Positions 38,260-50,540 of a DNA stretch of 64,000 nucleotides are shown here, piece by piece. The number at the start of each line of letters is the position of its first letter. Position 1 is the stretch's first letter. The DNA lies in NCBI RefSeq assembly GCF_009834535.1, contig NC_045696.1, positions 95,606,001 through 95,670,000 of the forward strand, written 5' to 3'. Under the pieces are notes generated by a model. The model saw nothing but the letters and a program-made list of their open reading frames with translations, searched no databases and was not told the DNA's origin. Source of the DNA: Camelus ferus. Taxonomy: Eukaryota. A program made the translations under genes and the position numbers.

Positions 38260-40200
38260 AAAAGTAGAGATTTTAAAATTGAAATAATTATTTGAGAAAC
38301 ATTTCAAATAGTCCCAATTTTATGAAGATAATGCCTTCATCAGTAGGAGAGACGAATTCCATCCAACAAATATTCTGAGCATCTCCTTTGTGTAGATACC
38401 AGGAGTAAGTTCTACTGATATGCAAATTAATAAGACAGCCCCACAGTTAGAAACTGGGGAACACAAATAGACAATTTCTGGAAGATGGGTGATAACAAAG
38501 TTGTATCGTGGGTTTTGTGTGACTTCCCTGAGCTTGTGGATGGAAGTGGAGGTTGTGGAGCTCCTTACCTGAAGCTTTCTGACTGGTGAACTGCTTTTAA
38601 GGACTTCTTTGACAGAACTGCCCCTCATCTCTAAGTCTCTGGCTCCATCATATACAACAGGATGAAATCCCAATCTGTACACTTTCAGACATGGGGTTCC
38701 ATTTTACCTATAAACTATTTTATGCCTATTCAAAACTAGCAAAGCTCTGCACAGGACATCTTGAATTTTTTCTATCTCAATATTAGAGCCAATAGACAAA
38801 CCTTTTATAGCTTCCCTTTCAGTAAATGAGAAACAGTCCACAAAGTGGATGGGTATCAGACTCTGGTCCATTAATGGACAGAGAGGGAAGCCAGCAGCAG
38901 CATTCTTAGTGACATTAGATGTCTTAACTTGGAATTTTTGTCCCCCCTCCTTTTTCCTCCATTGGAGAGTTCCTAGAATGATAAATAAAATCCTATTAAA
39001 TATTTTTCGTTATGGATCCCTTTGGAAATGATAGAAGCATTTAGATCTCCACCAAGTAAAAAATTCCTAGGTTAAAGGAAACAATGGGGTGGGGGTGTGG
39101 ATTTCAGGTTGGAATTTCCTGGACATAGCAATTACAGTGATTCACAACTTGGAAAAGTTTGTCCAGATTTTGTCTTTCTGGTACTAAAGACAAAAAAAAT
39201 CCATGCTCCCTGACTATAGGGTTGGATGGCTGGATCATTTTCCAGATAGGCTGACTTACTGGGTGACATTTTTCTTGGGGGAGGGAGTGCCATTTTGTGT
39301 AGACACCCTCTGCCATCATGGAGCCAAATCCTGACTTCTGACTGGCTCTGGCATGATTCCTCCCCAGAGCGCTGAATCTTCGTGCATCACTCACCACATA
39401 AGGGAGCAATACTGCAGAAGCAAAGTCCGCCATGCACTGGGCGTTAGTACACTGTGTCATATCACATCCACAAATGGTCATTTCTCCCATTCTCAGAACA
39501 GGGGTCTCACACCTTTAGGGAAGGTGTAGGTCTACCCTGCCAGCGGTGCTCGCATTTCTCACTCCACTCTCATCCGTACCTCCAAATCTTCCCAAAGGCT
39601 CCATTTTTTCTTCCTTCCTTTCTACTTAGAGTAACACTCGATGTACAGTTATATAATCCTCAGCTGCCGTTGGTGGAAGCTATTCCACAATCTCTGGTGG
39701 AAGCCCCAGATTATCAATCACATCTCTGTCCACCCCAGCTTTGGTGGCCAATTTATACCGCAGTGGAGGGTGCAAGTGGTCTGAGAGTGAAAACTGTCTT
39801 ACAGAGCATTTGCCTTCTCTGGCTTAACTCTGACCAATATGATTAAGTCCTATTGCTGTGGCCAGTTAACGTTATAGTATTATCCTATCCAGTTTATGAC
39901 CAGTTGGACATAATTGAGAAGTAAGGGTGTTGTTATCAGTCTGCTCTTGAAAAGATCTTCCAAATATGCATGCCTTAAATTTAATCAGGTAGCCCACTTC
40001 AGTGCTAAAAAATAAAGGTCTAGTTTATGATTGGAGGATTGAACTTTTAGCCACAGACTAGCAAATACCAGAGATTTCTGTCTCCACTAATTTGATTTTT
40101 TAAAATCTGATACCACTCATAGACTTATGAGCCAGCAACCCTGTATAATGTATAATGCTTATTGAAATTAGTACAAAGCTTTGATTAAGACAGAGTTTTG

Positions 40201-41960
40201 AGGGAGTGACATCAACATCAAGGTGATGTAAGACACTCTCTTTGTCTCTCCCCTTCAATCTACAACCGGTAAAACATCCATAACTCAACAAGAGTTCCTC
40301 TGCCCAACACACCAGGACATCAGAGAGTTCCATACACCTGTATATCTAAACATGGGTGCAGTGAACACATAGAGGAGGTGAACCAGGGGAGCAGCAAAGG
40401 CCAAGCCCCAAAAATCCCAGTCCCCTCCTCCCAGCAGCTAATCCAGCAGCCCAAGAGAACACAGTAGCAACAAGAGAGGTGTTGCACATGACTCCAGCCT
40501 CCTGGCTGCAGCAGCACCCACAGTCACAGGGAACTGGCAGCAGCGGCAGTGGGGCCTGTGACCCCGGTCCCTGTAGCTCTGGCTCCCCCATCTGCAGCAG
40601 TCGCCTCTGTGAACCCAGTAATCCCAGATGTGGCAAAGGCACCTGTGACCCTAGCTCCCAGCCTGCCTTCCCCCTTCCCCTATGGAGGTGGTGTCCTTAG
40701 CCCAGGCATTCCTGAACATGGTGGAGGTGCCGCCATTGGGTTCCCCAAGCAGCAATACCAGTGACAGCAGTGACACTGACACCAGCAACCCTGGAGGCAT
40801 AAGCAGTGACAATGAGGGCCTCAAATGACACCTCTTGACAGAAGAATTGGAGAGTAGAAAGTTCGGGTTCTCAAGTACAGCCAGAGGCAGCACAGAGAAT
40901 CAAAAACTTGTGCTATAGCACCACCTACTGAAAAATAAAAGAACGGCCTCTAATTACCAATTACCAATCTATTGAAAATTGCTAGAATCAAGTTAAAAAA
41001 AAAAAAAAAAAGCTTTACCTAGAGAAGAAAGATTTTCACTACTTAAAATGCACCAGCAGAGGAACAACTCACCAAACACCATGAAGAATCACAGTAATAC
41101 TGTACCATAAAAAGAAAATAATTCAGAAACCAAATTTAAAGGCATGGAATATTGCAATCTAACTGATAAAAAATTCAACATAGCTGTCGTGAAGAAGCTT
41201 AACGAGCTACAAGAAATTCAGAAACACAATTCAGTGACCTCATGAATAAAATCAACAAACAGAAGGAATGCTTTACCAAAGAAAGTGAAACTCTAAAAGA
41301 ACCAAACGAATTCTGGAGTAAAAGAACTCAAAAAATGAGGTGAAGAATGCCTTAGAAAGCACTGGGAATAGAGCAGACCATATGGAAGAGATAATTACCA
41401 AGCTCAAAGATAAAAATCTAAAAATAATTTAGGTAGAAGAGGAAAGAGAACTAAGATTTTTTTTTTTAAATGAAGAAGTTCTACAAGAACTATCCAACGT
41501 CTTTAGGAAAGGCAATCCTATGAGGAGAAGAGAGGAAGAAGGGGACAGAAAGTTTACTTAAAGAAGTAATAGCTGAGAGCTTCCCAAAACTGGGGAAGAA
41601 ACTGGATATACAAGTTCATGTTGCTAACAGAACACCTAATTACCTCAGTGCAAAAAGACCTTCTCCAAGACACATTATACTGAAACTATCAAAAGTCAAC
41701 GACAAAGAAAAAAATTTTAAAGGCAGCCAGACTGTAACCCGTAAGGGAACCCCCTGTTAGTCTATTAGAAAATTTCTTAGCAGGAACTCTACAGGCAAGG
41801 AGAGAGTGGAATCACCATATTCAAAACATTGAAAGATAAAAACTGTCAGCCAAGAACAGTCTTTCCAGCAAAGTTCTCCTTCAGATATGAAGGAGAAATA
41901 AGGGCTTTCCCAGACAAGCAAAAGCTGAGGGAGGTCATTACCACTAGACCTGCCTGACAT
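40201..41960 (+). mobile_element. L1/HAL1-like 5'UTR plus ORF1 remnant, ending near the end of ORF1
   Basis: Starts gggagtgacatcaacatcaagg. CA/TG-rich decayed GC-rich 5'UTR ~40380-40900. ORF1-like nucleotide motifs to gaggtcattaccactagacctgcc. Confidence 0.82.
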
Positions 41961-43124
41961 TAAAGACCTTGTAACCATTTCAGAACTGAGTTTTGGAATC
42001 CAAATGAGTCTTCAGAAATTTAAAAAGATTAAAAGTAAATATTGATTGTGATGCTAAACAAATAGACTAAATCTGACCAACATTCCTCGATGTTAGTAAG
42101 CCCTGGCACACTTTCTGGCAGAGACAGTGGTTCTCACTGTTAGATTTAAAGAATGGCTATTAAGAGGTTGAAGGAGATGAGAAGAAATTTAATATTCATT
42201 TGACCAGAGGAAATTTTTTACAGTCTGAAACAGTGCATCAAGATTTCTCTAGATACCATCTAGCTACCAGTGACTGGTGTGGGGCGGTATTTGAAGGTGT
42301 TAGAATATTTAGATGGTATGATTGCATTTGGAAAGACCTAGGAAGGAAAAAAAGGAATCCTTAGAGTGTTAGACTATCTCAGGGAGGCACAATAGGAAAA
42401 GTTCCCTAAGATGTGTTAGCTCTACTGTGCTTATGACTCTGTTCATTATACAGCAGACATAGTTTCTCACCAGGGGAAATTTTGTCCCTATCTGTTGGCC
42501 TCCTCCCAGTAGATTTAGAGAAGTGAAGATGTTTTGGAAGTGCTGATGTTTAAGGCTGTCAATCAAAGATTACACCTGGATGTTGCATCACTGACATTTG
42601 ACTTGTGGGCATTTGGTTAGCACTAAGCTCCCTCCTGTCTGTACATAATGCCCATGGCAGCTGGAGGGGGGATGGGGAGAAAGGGCTGATCCTACCAACT
42701 TCAGGGAAACCTGGAGCAGATATTCTAAACCCCAGACCAGTGGTTCTCAACTTTGGCTGATTACGAGAACAACCTGCGGAGATTTTTTTTAAAATTCAAA
42801 AATGTTTGCCTAAGGTACTTTATGTGAATCTCTGTTATTTGCAATCAATTGACCCCAGACTGAAATATGAAGTACTGTGGTCTTAAGAGAATCATCAGAC
42901 AACCATGCCATTTTCCTTTTCTAGTCAGTGTCTAATGGAAGTAAGTAGGGAACACCTGGGGCAATAAGACCAGCCTCTGGAAAGTCCTGGAAGGACTTCT
43001 TAAGGTCAAAATGTGGGGGAAAACACAAGGTTGAGGTGATAACTCAGTCATTCTGACAGCAAATAAAATAAAAACTGACAATTCAGCTACACAGAAGAGC
43101 AGGCACACTCTGAAGACGTGGGTA

Positions 43125-44841
43125 ACATGCTCTTGGATTGGAAGAATTAATATGGTTAAAATGGCCATACTACCCAAGGTAATCTATAGATTTAATGTTA
43201 TCCCTTTCAAGATACCCACGATATTTTTCACAGAACTAGAACAAATAATCCTAAAATGTATATGGAATCACAAAAGACCCAGAATTGCCAAAGCAATACT
43301 GAAGAAAGAGAATGAAGCTAGAAGAATAACCCTTCCAGACTTCATACAATACTACAGAGCTACAGTAATCAGAACAGCACGGTACTGGCACAAAAACAGA
43401 CATATGGATCAATGGAACAGAATAGAGAGCTCAGAAATAAACCCACAGACTTAATCTTTGACAAAGGAGGCAAGAATATACAATGAAGAAAAGACAGTCT
43501 CTTCAGGAAGTGATGTTGGATAAACCTGACAGCCCCACATGTAAATCAATGAAGTTAAAACATTCCCTCACACTTTACACAAAAATAAACTCAAAATAGC
43601 TTAAAGACTTAAATATAAGACAAGACACTATAAGCCTCAAAGAAGAAAACACAGGCAAACATTTTCTGACATAAATCTTAGCAATGTTCTCCTAGGGCAG
43701 TCTACCCAGGCAATAGAAATAATAGCAAAAATAAACAAATAGGAACTAATTAAACTTACAAGCTTTTGCACAGCAAAGGAAACCACAAACAAAACAAAAA
43801 GACAACTTATGGAATGGGAGAAAATATTTGCAAATGATGTGACTGACACAGGTTTAATTCCAGAATATATAAGCAGCTCATACAACTTAATACAACAACA
43901 GAAAAAAACCTGATCCAAAAAAGTGCAGAAGACCTAAACAAGTAATTCTCCAGTGAAGACATACAAATGGTTACTAGGCACATGAAAAAATGCTCAGTAT
44001 TGCTAATTATCAGAGAAATGCAAATCAAAACTACAATGAGTTTTCACACCATTCTCATACCAGTCAGAATGGCCATCATTCAAAAGTCCACAAATGATAA
44101 ATGCTGGAGAGGCTGTGGAGAAAAGGGAACCCTCCTGCACTGTTGGTGGGAATGTAGTTTGATATAGCCATTATGGAAAACAGTATGGAGATTCCCAAAA
44201 AGACTAAAAATAGACTTAATATATGATCCAGCAATCCCACGCTTGGGCATATATCCAAAGGGAATCTTAATTCAAAAAGACACCTGCACCTCAATGTTTA
44301 TAGCAGCACTATTTACAATAGCCAAGGCATAGAAATAACCTAAATGTCCATTGACAGATGAGTGGATAAAGAAGCTGTCGTATATTTACACAATAGAATA
44401 ACACTCAGCCATAAAAAAGAATAAAATAATGTCACTTGCAGCAACATGGATGGACCTGGAGATTGTCATTCTAAGTGAAGTAAGCCAGAGAAAGAAAAAT
44501 ACCATATATCACTTATACATGGAATCTTAAAAAAAGACACTAATGAACTCATCTACAAAATAGAAACAGACTCACAGACATAGTAAACAATCTCATGTTT
44601 ACCAGTAGGAAAGCAGGGTGCGAAGAGAAAAATTGGGAGTTCGAGATTTGCAGATACTGACTGGTATACATAAAATAGATAAATAAGTTTATACTGTATA
44701 GCACAGGGAACTATATTCAATATCTTGTAGTAACCTATAATGAAAAAGAATATGAAAAGGAATATATGTATATGTATGACTGAAACATTATGCTGTACAC
44801 CAGAAAGTAACACATTGTAAACTCACTATACTTCAATAAAA
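43125..44841 (+). mobile_element. Relatively young, 5'-truncated L1 (ORF2 C-terminal third plus 3'UTR), frameshifted
   Basis: Peptides [23 protein letters not shown]...[15 protein letters not shown] and the Cys-rich motif [19 protein letters not shown]. The 3'UTR ends cttcaataaaa. Confidence 0.96.
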
Positions 44842-45034
44842 TAGTTAATGTGAGGGGTATGTCTCACATTCGTCACAGGCAAAGTCCGTTAACAGTTCCC
44901 AGGAAATAAAAATAGAATCTGGGTAATAAAACAGTCTAACCTTTTTTTCCTTTGCCTTTGTGCTTCCTCTAGTTTCACTTGCTCACAGGGTGCTGTGTGC
45001 AGAGGTCTTGCCCCCAGCCTTTCAGACCAGATTT

Positions 45035-45375
45035 CTTAGCGCGAAAGGCTGCGCAGGCCACCTCAGCTCGGAGGGCCGTGTCCTGAAGCGCTGCGCACAA
45101 CACTCAACCCAACATGGCGGGCGCGGCCGGCCGTGGCGGGCGTGGCCGCAGCGGCAGCGGCGTCAGAGGCGGGCCGAGTGCAGAGGCGCAGTGCCCAGCC
45201 CTGCGGACTGGAGCCGGGAGCTCCACGGCTGCACCAGACCTGCGGGAACTCCGCCCCTTCCCCCCTCACCTCCCCCGCCACCCCCTCCCTGCCGCTGACG
45301 ATATCCCTGTGAAGCAGCCCCGCCCACACAGCCTGTCCTGTGGGGACAGCGTGGACTCTACAGCGCCCGTTAGGG
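45035..45375. promoter_or_regulatory. Small CpG island, candidate promoter/enhancer
   Basis: About 30+ CpGs (hand count) in ~340 bp within a CpG-poor window. YY1-type AACATGGCGG at 45111-20, KLF/SP GGGCGTGGC at 45138-46, GC box CCGCCCC at 45251-57. Confidence 0.75.
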
Positions 45376-45815
45376 CACCTCTTCATTCTTTGATCAAAGC
45401 ATAAAGTTTTCCTTTGCTTCTGAGCCAAACTTAGTTTAGTTCTATTGGCTCAAACACCAGGCAGGAGGACCCTGCTTGGGGACTCATGGGGGAGGGTGGG
45501 TAACACTTTCTATCATGTATTATTGCTATTTTATATTTTAGCCGATATACTATTTTCCACATTATTATCTTCCTTGTGAGACTATGAAGCCCTGAGGAAA
45601 TAGTTCCTAATTCATCTTCAGACTTACCCACCAATCAGCACGGAATCAGTTGTTTAGTATTTAGTATGTGCTTGATTGGTATTTGTCACGAAAATGGTGG
45701 GAGACAAGGATTAGTCTTACTGAGAATTCTGACATTCAGGGATAGCTTATTTGAATACTAAGGGAACATACCTTAGAAGAGGAGACCCTCTGAGATGTTA
45801 ACCTCACAGGTAGAG

Positions 45816-46046
45816 CAGTGCTTCTCAGTTAGGACTAGCTTGTCCCGCAGGGGATATCTGGCAATGCCTGGAGACATTTATGTTTGTCATGACTGGGGGT
45901 AGGGGGTGCTCCTAACTTCCAGTGGTTAGAGGCCAGGGATGCTGCCAAACATCGTACAATGCCTAGGACTGCCCCACGCCCCACCCCTCCACAACAAAGA
46001 ATTACCTAGTCCAAAATGTCAGTAGTACCATGGTTGAGAAACACTG
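45816..46046 (+). mobile_element. MER20 hAT-Charlie element
   Basis: TIRs cagtgcttctca...tgagaaacactg. 8-bp flanks aggtagag/aactagag. Internal ggcaatgcctggagacattt and tagaggccagggatgctgc. Confidence 0.92.
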
Positions 46047-49000
46047 AACTAGAGTTTCCTCTGATCAAAGACTTTTTCTTGTGCTGACTTGAGCAAGAAA
46101 ACCTCTGAACTTCAGTTACTGATACCAACTGCTGGTGCCTGAGGTACTATTTGTTCCTCTATAGCAATTCTCCACTTAGTTCTTTTAATAACAGAACATC
46201 TTGACCTTTAACTGGACCCTCGACTATCAACTAGAGGCTATAACTCGTCTTCTCTGGTAGGCGAGACTGAGGCTGGAACTAAATTCTAGCCAGCTGAAGA
46301 GTGGAAATGCTGTGTGCTTCGTGTCTTTAAAAAGGAAGATCTTTACACTCTTTATTCTTTCCTTCCTACAAATTATCACATGGATGTGGAGCGTACAAAT
46401 GATATTTGTCTGTGCAGATATTAATAAAATTGCAGGGAATGCAGAGCAATGGGATAGCAGAAACTTGGTTCCATAGAGCAAAGTCACCTACCTATCTTGT
46501 ACTGCCTGTTTCCTATCGGCCAGTCACATATGAAAAAAAGCAAACTTCTTTGAACCTTTTGAGTAGCAGTTTAGTTTTTACTCTGCCTAATACAAACCAG
46601 ATTCAGTTTTTGTTGTTCTGGATGATAGCTGTGAGTGGATAGCTCTATGAGACAGTCACACCTACATGGTTTAGTATGCTGTAGACAGGACTAGTTAAAA
46701 CAGATGAATGCATGATGCTGGCAGACAGTAGGAAACAGACCACATCTCAAAAGAGACCGTATTACTTGTGCACAGTCTCCTTAGTAGCAGTCAGCTAGCT
46801 TATGGATCATGCAAACTGTGAAACATGGTAGAAGTTGAGGTTTACTCTACTTTTTAAGTCAAAGGATTTGGAATATGCATTAACTTTTTCCCCCATACTG
46901 ATATTGCTTTTAATTTCTTTGTTTACAAGCTTAAGAGGTATGATTAGGATAGATGGCCCCCTAGTAGAAAAAATTTCTCCAGTTTCCTGGGGAAATGTTC
47001 TATAGGAAAGAGATGGCCATTTGACTCTTAGAGATCGTAGGAATAATGCAGATGTCCTATTTAGCAATTTGAGGGAAAGGTGGGGAGTAAATAAAACTTT
47101 TTAACTACCACATGCCTGATATTCTGCTTTATTCCTTTTGTTGTGGGATGTAATTTAGGGAAAATAATCATTGTTTTTTTTCTTCCTACATGCTCTGGTT
47201 GGTGCCCTGATTTCCACCCATCAAATAAGTGGCTTTCATCCTCTTGGGAAAGGCCATACAGAACCGAGAAAGGGGAAATCAATTGAATTCCTGGAGAGAT
47301 ACGTTAAAACTCCTATGAGGCAGGCATTTTGCAAGCCAAGCCTTTTACAAACCGAGCTATTTGAGATCACAAAGGATTTCTGAGCTACAAAAGGCTGAGC
47401 CTCTGGAGACAGTTGGACAGGAGTTGCTGAGATAAGAGTACTTTCCCACAAGAAAGGAGATGGAGTTTAGTAAGTGAGAGGGGAAAGTGTTATCTGAGGG
47501 GAAGGGGCTGGAGTTTGGAAACTGAGGGTGACTGAGATGGCATATTGGGCCCCACCCTCAGCCCAGCCAAGCTCTGAATGGGGTAAATGCAGACCACAGA
47601 GAGATTTGGTAGGGATCTTAGGTCAGAGGAGATAAGTTTTCCTCATGAAGCCTAAGGGAGTGCACGCCTCGAGAATAAGTCCTCTCAATGTACATGTTCC
47701 CAACCAAAGGCATCATCGTCTAGCAGTAGAACGGTAGAATCAGAGATGTTCCATCAGAGATGGCCACAGATACCCTACCCCAAGTCTCTCATCATTTGGG
47801 CCTAGCACAGAAGAACTTCAAAATTTTCTGTGTCCTTGAAAAGAGGCACGGGAGAGCTGATTGGGTATTTGGACAGACCTTACAAGGGGGATGAGTAAGA
47901 TGTGAAGTGACCTTAGACATGGCAGAGGGAAAGTAGAGGGGGATGCGGACATTACCGCAGTGGGTATAAGTGGGCTGGAGGCTCATGAACAAATGGCAGT
48001 TGACCCTAGCACAGCACTAAGAGAAAGTGCCCCTCAACATACACCAATGTACACTGGATCGCTTCCGAAAAGAGGAGACGGCAGTGGAAATCTGGAATTG
48101 ACTATTCACCCAAAAGAAACAGAGAAACGTTTCATAAGCCTTCTGCACAAACACACAGTGATCTCCAGTGGAAGGAGGTGAGAAATCCTTCATTTGTCCA
48201 CAGTATCTTGCCCAGTAATGGAATGTTTTGAAGAATGGACTCAATAGTTTTCGAATTCTAAGTGCTAAAAATGGACAAGTAAATGGAAAAGTAAATATTC
48301 TTTGAAGGGGGCATAGAGGGATACACATGGTAGGGTAAATTTTGGTGATATCTGAAACCTTTACCTTCCCCAAAGTCCTGATGTCCCGATCAAGGAATGC
48401 AGGCATTTATTGCCACAGAGGGGGAGTCAATAGAGATGAAAACAAATTATCAATTTGTTCCTACATCCTGTTAAAAACAAATCCTCATTGCACAAATATG
48501 AATACTGAAAAGCAAGGCTTACTAGTGCAAGAGCCAGAGTGGTGAGAAACAAAGGATATTAAAGGAGCAAATTTCTAAAATGCAAAGATTACCAAGCTTT
48601 GAGGTTAGCAACCATAGAGGAAGAATACATGATAATTTAAGAGTTTTCTCAGTCAAAAGAGACAGAAGTTCAACCTGTGGTTAGGAGAGGGAGTCTCACA
48701 GGACACAGGGCTGGACCTCAGAAGTTTATGTGTATCTGAGAATAGAAGCTTCCAGCTTTTCTCCCCACCTGCACCGATCCCACTGCTCTGTACAATGAAA
48801 AAAAAAGCCAAATAGAATTAGTGCCACAGGAGAGATATAAACTACGTATTCTGGGTTACCAGGCTCACAAAAACAGCCACAGCTTATATTAAGAGTCACG
48901 TGTCAAGCTGAATAAAAACATTAAAACACCTGTGAGGAAAGTTTAATTATGAAGTTTTCAAATGTACGAAAAATACAGAAACAAAAAGATACCAGTGTAC

Positions 49001-49220
49001 TTTCTTCCAAAGTTTACCAAAAACTTTTAAATGTGCCTTATTTTCATTGGATTTTTGAAAAATTAAATTTAACTAATTCAGCTGCACCTCTATTCTGTAC
49101 CATTTGGTTTTCCTCTTTAAAAAAATTGTTTGCTTGAGCATAGATGTGACTCCTAAGGCAAAAGGTGAAGAAAAGATACTGGAGCTTCAAAGCCAGGCTG
49201 TGAAGACTACACCTGAATCT

Positions 49221-49403
49221 GGGCCTGGGCCTGGGCCTGGGTTTGGGTTTGGGTTTGGGTCTGGGACTGGGTCTTAGGCTAAACTTGGGGCTGGGACAAG
49301 GCCTAATCTTGGGCCTGGGTTTAGGACTGTGCCAGGTTCTGCGCTAGAAGTGGACCTAAAGATTACACTGGAGCTGGGGCTGGGCCTGGGGTTGGGCCAG
49401 GGC
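49221..49403 (+). repeat. Degenerate hexamer array (GGGNNT)n with G-quadruplex potential
   Basis: Nine GGG tracts at exact 6-bp spacing 49221-49271, and five more G-tracts at 49376-49402. Confidence 0.9.
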
Positions 49404-50344
49404 TGAAGCTTTCAGTTTGTGTGCATAGGAGGAAGTCAGGGCTGCTGCAGAGCTGCAGAGGTTTGCTCCTGATTAAGTTAGTAGATAACAAGAGTCGTAC
49501 CTAGTCTGGCTCTGAAAGGTCACTGAACTATCAGTGATGAGAATTTTCCACCAGCTCAACCATTAACTGCTTTCAGACTCAGACTTTCCTTTCAATCCAG
49601 AAATCTTGATATCTAAATTGAAATAAAAATTCCTCAAGAGGAGAAGAAATGTGAAGTTATAGCTTTACTTATGGCAGAGTCTTAACTAGTTTGCAGTTAG
49701 AAGAGTTAGGTTTTTTTTTAGTTCTTTTAAATCTTGAGCAATTTTCAGTTATTCATATCCTGTATTTTCAAGTAATTACTCATACTTGAATCAAACATGT
49801 TACCTTTGGTTGTTATTGATACTGGTTTTGGAATTGAGTGATTATTACTGTAACTTTTACTTCCAAAATTTTGTGGGCCCAAGATTTTATAAATATGGAT
49901 CATAGTTTATAGTTATCCATGTTGGAGATGGTATAACATGCCTTGAGAACAACTCTATTAATTCCAGCTCTGCCTTTAACTTGGACTTTGAACATGTTGG
50001 TTACTCTTAGAACCTTCTTTGGATATAACAGCATTGCCTCGTGGAGCAGTGAGCATACCATCAGCTAACAAAAACAACATACAGAATAGACAAGCCATGC
50101 TCTGTAAACATCCACTCCCTTCATAGGTTCCACCCTCCACCGGGCCTCACCGTCGCAATCCTTCTGGGGGAACACAAGCTACTTTGGGCAACTCAGTCTT
50201 TTGAGTTGAGCAAAAGTGGTTGTGAAAAACCTAGAGACTGTAAAATATCCTACCCTAAGTTACTGATGGTTAAGTTACTACCCCAGTTTGGACTTAGTTT
50301 GCTTCTTCTGTTTTGATCTCGGTAAGAGAAAATAATCATTATGC

Positions 50345-50540
50345 ATCCCTACAGTGTGTCTGGCACTTAGAACTCAGTTACTCACTTCATTTTCACAATG
50401 ACCTGCAAAGGGGTGTTATAATCCCTATTTAATATGAGGACTAAGAGCCTGAGAAAGATTTAACCACTTGCTCCTGGCTACGTAGGAATATCTGATGGAG
50501 CCAGGACTCTGACCCTGCCCGGGAGCTGCCTGACTCTTCC
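50345..50540 (-). mobile_element. MIR fragment
   Basis: ttttcacaatgacctgcaaaggggtgttataatccctattt..atgaggactaagagcctgagaaagatttaaccacttgc. Confidence 0.7.

Noticed and set aside
40320..40893. Several overlapping ORFs in GC-rich sequence
   Set aside because: They lie within the CpG-decayed 5'UTR of the L1-like element at 40201.
40201..44841. One full-length L1 made of the 40.2-42.0 kb and 43.1-44.8 kb pieces
   Set aside because: The pieces are separated by ~1.1 kb of unrelated sequence containing old hAT-like fragments, they differ in apparent age, and I see no shared TSD.
44945..45417. 11-bp direct repeat ttttcctttgc flanking the CpG island as a TSD
   Set aside because: Low complexity, wrong polarity for an L1-endonuclease TSD, and no poly-A. 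It is probably chance, but an orthologous empty-site check would settle it.
46600..48600. Possible ancient LTR-derived sequence
   Set aside because: The composition is LTR-like, but I could not assign a family or boundaries by eye.
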